Assembly (NCBI GenBank): GCA_012862495.1
Contig: BLSG01000029.1
Span: forward strand, 73,627 to 115,532
Length of the DNA stretch: 41,906 bases
Source of the DNA: Thraustochytrium aureum
Taxonomy: Eukaryota
Reading direction: 5' to 3'
Part shown: piece after piece, positions 20,587 through 31,100 of the stretch
Numbering within the stretch: the stretch's first letter is position 1
How the letters are laid out: the number at the start of each line of letters is the position of its first letter
Made by a program: the position numbers and the translations under genes
Notes under the pieces: model-generated
The model's input: the letters and a program-made list of their open reading frames with translations, nothing else
Database searches by the model: none
What the model was told of the DNA's origin: nothing

Positions 20587-20802
20587 GGCGCAAGCGCGGG
20601 CGCCCCATGTTCTGGTCCCAGGCAGCCTCGCGCGCTCGGGGAGCCAGCGCGCTGGCCGATCAGCTCAGCAACAGGACGCACCGTCGGGCAGACAGAGGCT
20701 GGCAGCGACGGAGACGAGACGAATGCAAACACAAAATAATCTTCAACGGTTTACTCTTGCCGTTCCTTGCTCCCCTGCATCTGCGATTGGCGCGGCGCGC
20801 CA

Positions 20803-23800
20803 TCACTCGCCGCTCATCGCGCGCTGCACCGCCAGGGCCTCCTCGAGCTGGGGCCGCGGCAGCGCGGCAAGTGCGCGGACCAGCCTGCTGCCAAAGGCCT
20901 CGAGCTCGCGTTCTCGCTCGGACGCTTTGCAAGACCCAGACACAAGGCGAACCAGCGACTCCTCCAAGAGCACGCGCTGGGACTCGAGCTGCCCGCCGAG
21001 GCGCACGTGCGCTGCGACGCCGCTCTGCAGGAGACGTGCTGGAACCTCGCAGAGGTCGCTATACGCTTGACGCCACGTGCGCAGCACAGTCTCGCGAACG
21101 ACATCAAAGCGGGTCCGCTGCATCGGCAAGGGCCCCGGAAGGCGCACTGCGTTGATGCGGGAGCCGCAATACCCGCTCGGGTCGGCCGCCGCGTCAGGCT
21201 CGCGCAGGGCAAGCTCCAAGCCCCCCGCGCCCGGCCCGCAGGACCGCTCGAGCGACTCCAGAAATGGCCCGAGCGTCAGGCGGTCGNNNNNNNNNNNNNN
21301 NNNNNNNNNNNNNNNNNNNNNNNNNNNNNNNNNNNNNNNNNNNNNNNNNNNNNNNNNNNNNNNNNNNNNNNNNNNNNNNNNNNNNNNNNNNNNNNNNNNN
21401 NNNNNNNNNNNNNNNGGGCTGCGCCCAGCCGCGTTGTCGAAGATGTGCCCAAGCTCGCGCGTCGCGCGCTCTGTGCGGGATGGGGAAAACCAGGCTAGCC
21501 ACGTCGCCCGGCTGACGCCGCGCGGCCAGGCCGCCGGCTCGCACAATCGGTCAAACAGGCCAGCTGCCAGTTCAAGCCGCTGGTTCCCCAGGCGTGCTTG
21601 GCGGCACGCGCTCAGGGTCGCCTCGAACAGGACGGGCTGCTCGACCCAGCAACGCAGGTCGCGCACGCCGAGACACTCGCTTCGAGCGGCGAGGCTCGCT
21701 GCAAGGCGCTCTGATGCGGCCGCCAGACTCAATCGCGCCTCCAGGGCAAGGCCGAGGCCGGGGTTGTCGCCCCCAGGAATCGTGATGCTCTCGAGCAGGA
21801 CTCGCTTGGCGGCGGCCACCGCTGCCGCGCTCTCGACGCGCTGCACGCCGTCGGGGGCAACCACGGTCTTGCCCTGAACCGCCTCGATCAGCTTGAGAAC
21901 CAACGCGATCCTCTCCGGCGAGGAGTCGTCCAAGAGCTCTTCAAACACGCGCACCTCGGCGCACTCCTCGCGCCAAGCATGGAGGGTCGCCAAAAGCTGG
22001 TGCGTGCGAAAATCCACGAGGCGATCGAGACCGTATTGGGCTGCAAGCACATCACGAACAAACTGCGCGAGCGTTCGCGTGCGGATCACACTCTGCCACT
22101 CTGGGGTCCGCCCCGACGCGCTGTACGAGCTCTCAACGAGGTCTGCCCACGATGGTCGGTGCCCGCTCTCGGCTTGGAGAATGTCGGCGAACCGGCCAAG
22201 GACGGCGGCTGCTCGCCCAGGCGGCGATGCCGGCTCAATTCGGCCGCAATCTGTGGGCCGTGCCTGCTGGGGGCCCTCGAGACTCGGCTGGTCTGCGCAG
22301 ACGCGGCGTGACGGCACGTGGGACGCAAGCACGTCAAGTGTCTTGCGAATAAACTTGCGAACCCACTCCAGGGACCTCGGCTCGGGAAAGTGGTCTTCAA
22401 AGTTGTAGTCGGCGCTCGCGAGGCTTGCCAAGCCCCCGCCTGAGCGGTTCGAGCTGAAGGTGGGCCGCTCCAACCGAGCAAAGGCCGGCAGCTTCTTGAA
22501 GGCGTCGGCGTCCGGCAGACCAAGCCGCGCAGCAGAGGACCACCAGTTCGCTGGCGAGGTGCTCGGCACGGCCTCGTCCCCAGGCGGTCTCTGCCATTCG
22601 GGTGGAACTGGCATCGACAAGTCCTGCGCGGCGGGCCAGGCGAGCTGGGTGGCCTTGACTGCCGCGCTCGCGGCAGCTGCTGCGGCCGCGGCAGCCATGC
22701 ATGCGGGGAGCCAGGGGCAGTGATGCTGTGCCTGCGGCCTGCGTGGCCCTGCAGCGCCGGCAGGCGAGCCGACAGCAGGGTTTCGAGGCGCCGCTTGTCG
22801 AAATTGGAGAAGGGCCAAGGTGTGCTCCAGCGCCTTGGCTCGCTCGCGCAAGTGGCGGTTTGTCTGCTCGAGTTCCAAGACTCTGATGTTGCTGTCGAGG
22901 AGCCTGTACCTCTCCTCCGATTGCTTAGTCAGGACTGCCGGCGGTCTGCGCGAGCGCGGCAAGGCCTTTGCTCTCAACCGTTTGCTGGAGGGGCTGAGGG
23001 CCTCGCGGGCAGGAGGGAGCGCTGTCGCTCTTGCAGGTCTGAACGTGCTGGAGTCAATTGCGGCCGAATCAGACTGCGCGACGTGGTCGTCGGCTTTGGC
23101 CGCAACTTTGGGTTCGGCTTCCACCACGGGTTCTTGCGGCTCGGCCTCTCGATGCCCGCTCAAGAGGCCAGGCAAACCCAACACAGTAGCCTGCAGGTCG
23201 TCAATTGTGGCTTGGATCATGCGGTGCTGCTCCGCGCCCGGGTGGACCTGGCGGAGCCTGCTTCCGTACGCCTGTATGAGGGCGAGGAGCCGCAACTCGG
23301 TGGCTCTCAAGCCCGGTAGCTGCGCAGACGCGGGCTCTAGATCGGCGTTGCAGCACTGCGTCCCCTTTTCGCGCCTACCGCAAAACTTGAGCCCCTTCAT
23401 GTAGGCAACCGTGCGGACGGCTCTGGCCTTGCGCCAGAGCCTTTGCACATCGAGCGCGGCCAGGTGCGATTCTCTAGGGACCAATGCAACAGCTGCACCG
23501 CCGCTCTCTGCGCCGTTCGCCTCGGCTTCTAAAGCGCGAAGCCGCAATGCGTTTTGCATGGCTTCCGGGCTCATGCTCGACGAGATCGCTCCGTCGGAAA
23601 CAGGCCCAAGAAACAGTGTTTGGCGTAAGGAACCCCGGCGGCCCGGTCCATGGCTGCTCGCTCCGCTGCTCTGGGACAAGCCGTCCTCCGTGAAGCTCGA
23701 CGCAGAGGACGAGGCGGACAGCGATACCTCGTCGATCTCTGCACTAGAAGGCTGCGAAGCCAAACGGCCAGCATGGGAAAGCTTGACATTGGCGCAGGCT

Positions 23801-25498
23801 CCAGCGAGCGCCGTGCTGGCTTGCGTTTGTATGCCGACTGAGCTTGTGGCTCGCGGCGGCACTGGCGTTCTCGCACAGCACACAGCGCACGCCGAGCCGT
23901 TTTGCGCCAAAGCGGAGTGACCGCTCGCGCTAGTTGGCGTTGGTGGCTCCCCATCTTGCAGCTTTTCAGAGGCCCGGGGTGGCGCTCTGATCGTGGCGGG
24001 GGCTCGGCTGGACCGGCTCAAGGGTCTGCACAGCAGCGTCTCGCATTATCCAGTCTTGCGGAATGGGAAACGAAGAGGCAGAAGGGAGCCCAAGCTCCTC
24101 GCAGGATGGGATCGGTATGACGTCTCCGTAGGGGCTTGTCGCTCGCATGATCGCGTCGATTCCACCCGCGTCGAACTCGGCATCGCTCGGGTCAAGATCG
24201 TCGCTGGCGTCAAATTCGATGCCACTCAAGTTGAAGCCGACCCCATGGGCCCCGCGAGCGCAGGCCGCGCCATTCTGACCTGCGCATTTACTGGTTGCGT
24301 TCGCAGCGCTTTCGGCGGCACGAGTGGGCCCGTGGAGCCCAGCGCTGCCATTGGGCGGATGTCCGCGACGGACGAGCCAGTCGCGATGGTACTGCTGAAC
24401 GAGCTCAAGCGCCAGGAGCACGCTCCCCAGCATGTCGGAAAACNTGGAGGCGTACCGCTGGCGAAGCTTGTGCAGTAGGTCCCCGCGCTCTCTGCACGAA
24501 ATCCTGACCTGGCGCACGAGCTCTCCAAAGCAGTTATTAAACACATGCTGCTCCTCGCGCACGCCGGCGGCTGCTTGACTGATTTGCAAAAGCAGGTCGA
24601 CAACGGCGGGGTTGCGCGACTGACGCATCCGCTCGAGGTGCTCGTAGAGCCGGGTCTGCTGTGCCTGGCGTGCGGCGTCGGCGTCCTCGAGCATATCGTC
24701 CATGGCGCCCATGAGGGCGACCACCTGCTTGCGGCTTGCGGAACCTGCCTTCGGGAACACTACTCTCTCCCACACGAGTTTGCCTCCCTTGCGCTTCACG
24801 CGGCACGTCTCGCCTTCCCGCAGCGACTTTGGGTTGAAGTAAACTGCCCTCTCCTGCACGGTTTGGTACTTTGCAGGGATGTGCGCCAGATCCGGCTCGC
24901 TCTTGCTGGCGTCGTAGGGCACCAGGGAGGAGTGCCCAGTCGATCCTTCCTCGCGCTCTTGGTTCCCGTCTCCTGGCCGGGCCACGATAGCGTTCCCGGT
25001 CGGCTTGGGACTCTTCACAGGAACGAGGTCAAACTCGGGCCCTTCGACGGCCTCCACTCGCGCGTCAAGCGCCAGCCCCGCGAGCAGCCTGCGCTTGCTC
25101 GGCCCGTTGCTCCGCGATTTACCTTCCGTCGTGTTGGGCCTCGCGCGCCTATGCGACGGCGGCGCAGCTCCGGCGAGCGCATTCGGCCTGGCCGACCCAG
25201 GCCGTCTGGGAGTCGCATCCAGGCGCAGCATGAGCCAGCCTCTGTACCGCTTTCCGCACCCGCAGTCCCCCTTCCTTTCCTCCTTTCCTCCTGGCCTCCT
25301 GGCCTCCTGGCTTCCTGAACGGCGTACGTCCCGGCAGCCTGCCGATGGGCCCGTGTCCTGGGCGCCCGCGCGCGTTGCGTGTCTGCTGTTCTGCTCCTGC
25401 TGCTCCTGCTCTGCCTCCAACCGGATACTTTTCGTTTTCCTTCTTTTTCGCTCACCAACGGTGCGCACGAGTTTCGCACAATTCTCAGTCGCGCTCAT
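20803..25498 (-). CDS. Large (~1,550 aa) protein with axonemal dynein light chain (p28-like) domain, IQ-like motif, coiled coil and TSNAXIP1-like C-terminal region; frameshift ~24000, internal gap, start uncertain
   Basis: ASRKQVVALMGAMDDML...GVREEQHVFNNCFGELVRQVRISCRERGDLLHKLR resembles Ax_dynein_light; VQRLWRKARAVR is IQ-like; FVRDVLAAQYGLDRLV...VRVFEELL. ORFs 23966-25543 and 20803-24021 overlap at a 5-base homopolymer. Confidence 0.6.
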
Positions 25499-26688
25499 TG
25501 GTCGGTCAGTGAGCTCGACAGTGTTGCGCGCAGACTTGATCAAGACAGGAGGTTATTGACGGCCGGCAAGGCGCCCAGCGTCGCCTTCTGGAGCCTCTGT
25601 ATCAGCGCACTCGGACGCGGCTGGTAGGCATTGTCAACGGCAATCCAAAACGCTGCCCTGCTACTTGATTTTTGCGTTGGAAGGCTGGCGAGACCCTCCT
25701 TGCGGCACACAACATCGCAGCCTTGCCAAGCCCAGCGGCCCTCTGGCAGCCGCATCTGCACTCCAACATAACCCCGCACACCTCTGTTCCCCCAGTACGC
25801 CGCCGCGTTCCCCGATCGCCAATCAATCGCAACGGAAAGCAGGGCAAACGCGCACACCACGGCCATGAAGGCCACCACCGTCTCCATCCTCCTCCTCCAT
25901 CGGCGCCATCCAGGCCAAGCAGACAGCGGGCATGACCATGGCCATCCTCATCATCATCTCATCACGGCCGGCCGTCCACGCCGTCCACGCCAGCGAGCCA
26001 GCCAGCCAGCCAGGCAGGCCATTGCATCGCGGCCACCATCGCGGCCATCACGAGCGTCAACATCACCCTCGCGCCGAACAGAAGAAGCAGTGCTCGATCG
26101 ACTGATTGATTGATCGATTTGGTGATTGTGCACGGGCAGCGCGCTGCCAGCCTCGAAAGAGAGTCTCCGCGCGCGGGCAGGCCATCGCCCCATCGATCCA
26201 TCCGGCCATCTGGCTAGCAGGCAGGCAGCGGGCAGGCAGCGGGCAGGAGTCTACGTTCGGGCGGCAGGCCATCGATCGACGGATTGACCGGTCGAGCAAG
26301 CGAGCCAGCGAGCCAGCCAGCCAGCNNNNNNNNNNNNNNNNNNNNNNNNNNNNNNNNNNNNNNNNNNNNNNNNNNNNNNNNNNNNNNNNNNNNNNNNNNN
26401 NNNNNNNNNNNNNNNNNNNNNNNNNNNNNNNNNNNNNNNNNNNNNNNNNNNNNNNNNNNNNNNNNNNNNNNNNNNNNNNNNNNNNNNNNNNNNNNNNNNN
26501 NNNNNNNNNNNNNNNNNNNNNNNNNNNNNNNNNNNNNNNNNNNNNNNNNNNNNNNNNNNNNNNNNNNNNNNNNNNNNNNNNNNNNNNNNNNNNNNNNNNN
26601 NNNNNNNNNNNNNNNNNNNNNNNNNNNCTTCTGTAGCCTTGTGGCGCGCGAGTGGGCCTTGTGGCGCGTTGGCACGGCCTGAGCGAGG

Positions 26689-27882
26689 ATGGGCGGCGGT
26701 GCGCAAAACGCCGGCGGCGCGAAGGAGGAATGCGCGGAGTTTTTGGCGCTGGCGGTGCCGAATGTGATGGGCGTGGTCATGCTGCTGTACACGCTCGGCA
26801 AGGCCGCCGAGGCGGCCGGCCCCAGCGAGACGCTGACGTGGGTGGTGGCAGCCGCGGCGATCGCGGCGTACTGCTACTCGAACATTGGCGAGCCCGAGGC
26901 CGGCACCGCGTTCGAGGCCCGCAAGCTCGCGCAACAGCAAATCAAGGAGAGGCGCGTCGTCGCCGATGCCCCCGTGTGCTCGTGCGCGTACCTCGGCCTT
27001 GGGCGCATGGGCAGCGGGATGGCGGCCAACCTCGCCAAGCAAGGCAACATCACGCTCCGCCTCTGGAACCGCAACGCGCAGGTGGCGAGGGACACCGCTA
27101 GCCAGGTCGGCTGCGCGGCCGCCGAGAGCGCCGCTGCGGCCGCGGAGGGCGCCGACTTTGTGTTCGCCTGCCTGCCCACGACGGCGGTTGTCGCCCAAGT
27201 CGCGGAGCAGCTTCCAGTCCGCCCAAAAGGCGCCGAAAAGGCGCTGTTCATCGACTGCACCTCCGGAGAACCCGACGCGTCCAAGGAGATCGCCAAGCAG
27301 CTCGCAGAGCGCGGCTACGAATACGTCGACGCCCCAGTGAGCGGCGGCCCGTCTGGGGCAGATAAGGGCACGCTGACGATCATGGTCGGCGCGCGCGACG
27401 CGGCGGTATTCGCTCGTGCAAAGTCCGTGCTGGACGTCATTGGCTCCACAGTTGTGCACGTCGGGCCGGTCGGCGCGGGCCACGCCGTCAAGGCGGTCAA
27501 CAACTCCCTGAACGCGAGCGCGCTGCTCATGAGCGCTCAAGGCCTGGTCACGCTCGCCAAGCTGGGGGTCGCGCCGGACGTCGCCCTGTCGGTCATTAAC
27601 GCGTCGTCGGGGCGCAATCTGGCTACACAAGAGCGGATCCCCACACAGGTTCTCAACCGCAAGTTTGACTTTGGGTTTGCGCTTCAGCTGATGAGCAAGG
27701 ACAACAACATTGCTGCCTCGCTGAGCCAGGAGGGCGGCGACTCGGCAGATTCGTATGCCGACCTGACCGCGCGCCTCATGAAACAAGCGGTGGCCAAGTA
27801 CGGGGGGGATGTTGATTTCACATACTGTGTGCGCCTTTTGGAGGACAAGGCCGGCGTCGAGCTCCGCACAGGCGCTAACTAA
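26689..27882 (+). CDS. 3-hydroxyisobutyrate/2-hydroxy-3-oxopropionate dehydrogenase family protein with hydrophobic N-terminal extension
   Basis: YLGLGRMGSGMAANL, WNR, IDCTSG, DAPVSGG, GTLTIMVG, GAGHAVKAVNN (catalytic Lys), FDFGFALQLMSKD. Confidence 0.9.
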   Translation: MGGGAQNAGGAKEECAEFLALAVPNVMGVVMLLYTLGKAAEAAGPSETLTWVVAAAAIAAYCYSNIGEPEAGTAFEARKLAQQQIKERRVVADAPVCSCAYLGLGRMGSGMAANLAKQGNITLRLWNRNAQVARDTASQVGCAAAESAAAAAEGADFVFACLPTTAVVAQVAEQLPVRPKGAEKALFIDCTSGEPDASKEIAKQLAERGYEYVDAPVSGGPSGADKGTLTIMVGARDAAVFARAKSVLDVIGSTVVHVGPVGAGHAVKAVNNSLNASALLMSAQGLVTLAKLGVAPDVALSVINASSGRNLATQERIPTQVLNRKFDFGFALQLMSKDNNIAASLSQEGGDSADSYADLTARLMKQAVAKYGGDVDFTYCVRLLEDKAGVELRTGAN

Positions 27883-27925
27883 GATCGAAGAGAGCCGCCG
27901 CCCGCTGCGGCAGTTGTGCGCATTG

Positions 27926-28129
27926 CCAAAACCTGCCCCCTGCCTGCTCGTCGCCCGACCTTGCTCCGCGCAGCCCCCAAACTGAAGCGCAAACGGCCGC
28001 CTCAGCGCCTCAGCTTGGTCCAACCAAAACCTGCCCCCTGCTTGCTCGTCGCCCTACCTTGCTCCGCGCAGCCCCAAACTAGAGCGCAAACGGCCGGCCG
28101 CCGCGCCTCAGCGCCTCAGCTTGGTCCAA
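27926..28129. repeat. ~100-bp diverged tandem duplication spanning the stop codon of the sacsin-like gene
   Basis: Copy 1 at 27926-28023 and copy 2 at 28024-28129; both run CCAAAACCTGCCCCCTG...CTCAGCGCCTCAGCTTGGTCCAA. Confidence 0.9.
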
Positions 28130-31100
28130 GTGGGCCCCCAGCAGCTCCACAAACGTCGTCATGTACATCATCATCCAGTTGGCAAAGTCGGCGTTGTGCG
28201 GGTGGACGTGGTTGTGCGCCAGCTCGTGGGCAAAGACCCCGTACCAGTCGATGATGGCTGCGTTCGGCATGACGAGGGTCGACGCTGGTCCATCCTGCTT
28301 GCCCACGATGCGCCAGCCAGACGTTCGCGTCTGAGCGATGAACACGGCAAAGTTGAAGTACAGCCCTCCGCCGTAATTAAACGCGGCAGTTGGCCCTCCG
28401 TCGTGGTAGTAAAGGTGGCAAACGCGCCAGTCGACCGTGAACACGTTGGCGGCCAAGCCCTTGAGGAGTTGCGCAAACGCCGTGGCCTCCAACCGCCGAG
28501 TCTCAAATACCTTCGCAATAGACTCGACGGGGGCCTGCGAGCCGCCGCGCTCAACAAAGCACTTGAGGCCGTCAACCTCATACGAGGTCTTCACCAGGTC
28601 GTGCTCGTGCAAATCGTCCAATACTGAAACCATTGGCCGCTGCTCTGGCGCGCTTTGGATGTTATGAACCCCATCCCCAGCCTGGCAGCGCCGCAGCCCG
28701 TCGAGCATTGCCTGTCGACGATAGTTGTGGTCCACCAACGGCGACTTTGAGATGTCCCCGTTACCCTTCGCTCCGCTTTGCCCGACTTGGTCGCCCTGCG
28801 GTGGTGAGCCATGCTGCGCAACTTGACCAGCCTGGCCAGCGCCGGCCTGATGCTTTGGAGGAGCAGGCGCGCTTGTGCCGGCCGGGCCTGACGCTGCAGC
28901 TGCAGCGGCGGCGGCGCCCACAGCGTCACCGAGCTTTGAAGCAGCCTTGGCGAGTTCTTGCCTCTCGAGCTCCTTGAGCTGCTTGTCATAAAGCTCCTGC
29001 ATCTTGCGCTTCTGCTCCTCGAGCCGAGCGCTCGACGACGAGGCTGACATCATTTTCGGGAGGGCCGACGACAACAGCGACCGCAGCGACGACGAAGACC
29101 GGCGAGAGGGCGNNNNNNNNNNNNNNNNNNNNNNNNNNNNNNNNNNNNNNNNNNNNNNNNNNNNNNNNNNNNNNNNNNNNNNNNNNNNNNNNNNNNNNNN
29201 NNNNNNNNNNNNNNNNNNNNNNNNNNNNNNNNNNNNNNNNNNNNNNNNNNNNNNNNNNNNNNNNNNNNNNNNNNNNNNNNNNNNNNNNNNNNNNNNNNNN
29301 NNNNNNNNNNNNNNNNNNNNNNNNNNNNNNNNNNNNNNNNNNNNNNNNNNNNNNNNNNNNNNNNNNNNNNNNNNNNNNNNNNNNNNNNNNNNNNNNNNNN
29401 NNNNNNNNNNNNNNNNNNNNNNNNNNNNNNNNNNNNNNNNNNNNNNNNNNNNNNNNNNNNNNNNNNNNNNNNNNNNNNNNNNNNNNNNNNNNNNNNNNNN
29501 NNNNNNNNNNNNNNNNNNNNNNNNNNNNNNNNNNNNNNNNNNNNNNNNNNNNNNNNNNNNNNNNNNNNNNNNNNNNNNNNNNNNNNNNNNNNNNNNNNNN
29601 NNNNNNNNNNNNNNNNNNNNNNNNNNNNNNNNNNNNNNNNNNNNNNNNNNNNNNNNNNNNNNNNNNNNNNNNNNNNNNNNNNNNNNNNNNNNNNNNNNNN
29701 NNNNNNNNNNNNNNNNNNNNNNNNNNNNNNNNNNNNNNNNNNNNNNNNNNNNNNNNNNNNNNNNNNNNTCGCCGAAGCGTCGGCCACTCCGTCCGGCGCG
29801 TCTGGAGCCGGCGCATCCAAGCCGCCAGCGCCGGTGCCGCCGCGGAGCCCGAGGAGGCACTTCGCCTTGGACATTGCCCGCTTGGTGGAGCTCGAAACGG
29901 ACCCCCACTCGACGGCCACGACCCGCAAGAGGTGGAGGTAGTCTTCGTAGCCAACTTTGGCGATATGCGCCGAGGCGCTCGTCCCAGAGGCAAGTTCCAG
30001 GGCGAGCTCGTCCACGTTTGGCTCGGCCCGGACCCCCACACTGCGCAGAAAGATGTTGGCTTGGTTGGACCCGTAATGGACGTACGGGAAGAGGCCTTCG
30101 TACTTGCCTGGCTTGCCCGAGGAGCGAAAGAATATCGAGGACGGCGCCGCGTAGTAAAACTCGTTCGTCCCCGGCGAGGACCCGCCACCCGGCCGCGCCA
30201 CTGGCACGAACGCGAGCTTGCGCAGCGCGGCGATGTGCGGGGCTGCCATCATCGGCAAGAGCGTCGACAGGTACTCAAAGCTCAGTTGCGCAGACTCGGG
30301 CGTCGGCGGCTTTGCAGAGAGGGCGGTCAGCACCTCCGCAGAAGATGGGTTTTCCCGAACCTGCAAAGTCGCAGCGTTCTTCGCGGAGAGCTTGGACGTG
30401 TCCACGCACGGCTTGCCGAGCAGCGCTGCCTTTTTGTTCGTGAAGCACTCCAACGGGGAGTGGAGCGCGCCGTCGGTGCAGGGGATGAACTTTTGCGAGG
30501 ACTTTGGCTGGTACGCAACCTTGTAGTGGTCAAACTTGTCGATCAGGTACTTGAGGGCCGCTCCCTGCGCCGGCCCGTTGCCTGCTGCGCGGGCAAGGAC
30601 AAGGTCGAGGTTCGGGAACGTGCGGACGCCGAGCTCCTTGAGCAACGACGCAGTCCTCGCCGGCATGTCCTCCTCGTGCGCAGCGAAGAACAACCGGCTA
30701 TCGTCAGGCCTGCTCTCCGCCGCCCCTGAGCCTGGCGCCACGCTTGTCTGGGCCGACGAGCCGTCCGACGCCGAAGCGGGGCCCGCCTCTGTTTGCTGTG
30801 GCTCTGCGCTTGCCTTGGCCTGACCCGGCGCAGCCAGACTCGCAGGAGCTTGAGGCAGCGGTGCCACCAGCATGCCCTCGCTGACGATCGCGTACGCAAG
30901 CGGGACGCGAAGCGCGTAAAGTTCGGCCGAAGGCATGTGCAGCTCGTCGCCCCGAAACGACGCGAGTGAAGGGTAAGCTCGTCCATCTTCGCGAACTTGA
31001 AGCGAGGGGAGGATCGCCATGCGCTGCAAACGTCGCATCTCGCGATCGTCGAGCTTGGCGCGCATCGAGGCAATGTAGTTCACAATTTCTTGCCTGTTCC

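Noticed and set aside
25865..26113. Short His-rich ORF starting MKATTVSILLL, signal-peptide-like
   Set aside because: Lies in low-complexity CAT/GCC/GCCA microsatellite-rich sequence, needs a frameshift to look like a secreted protein, and has no recognisable domain.
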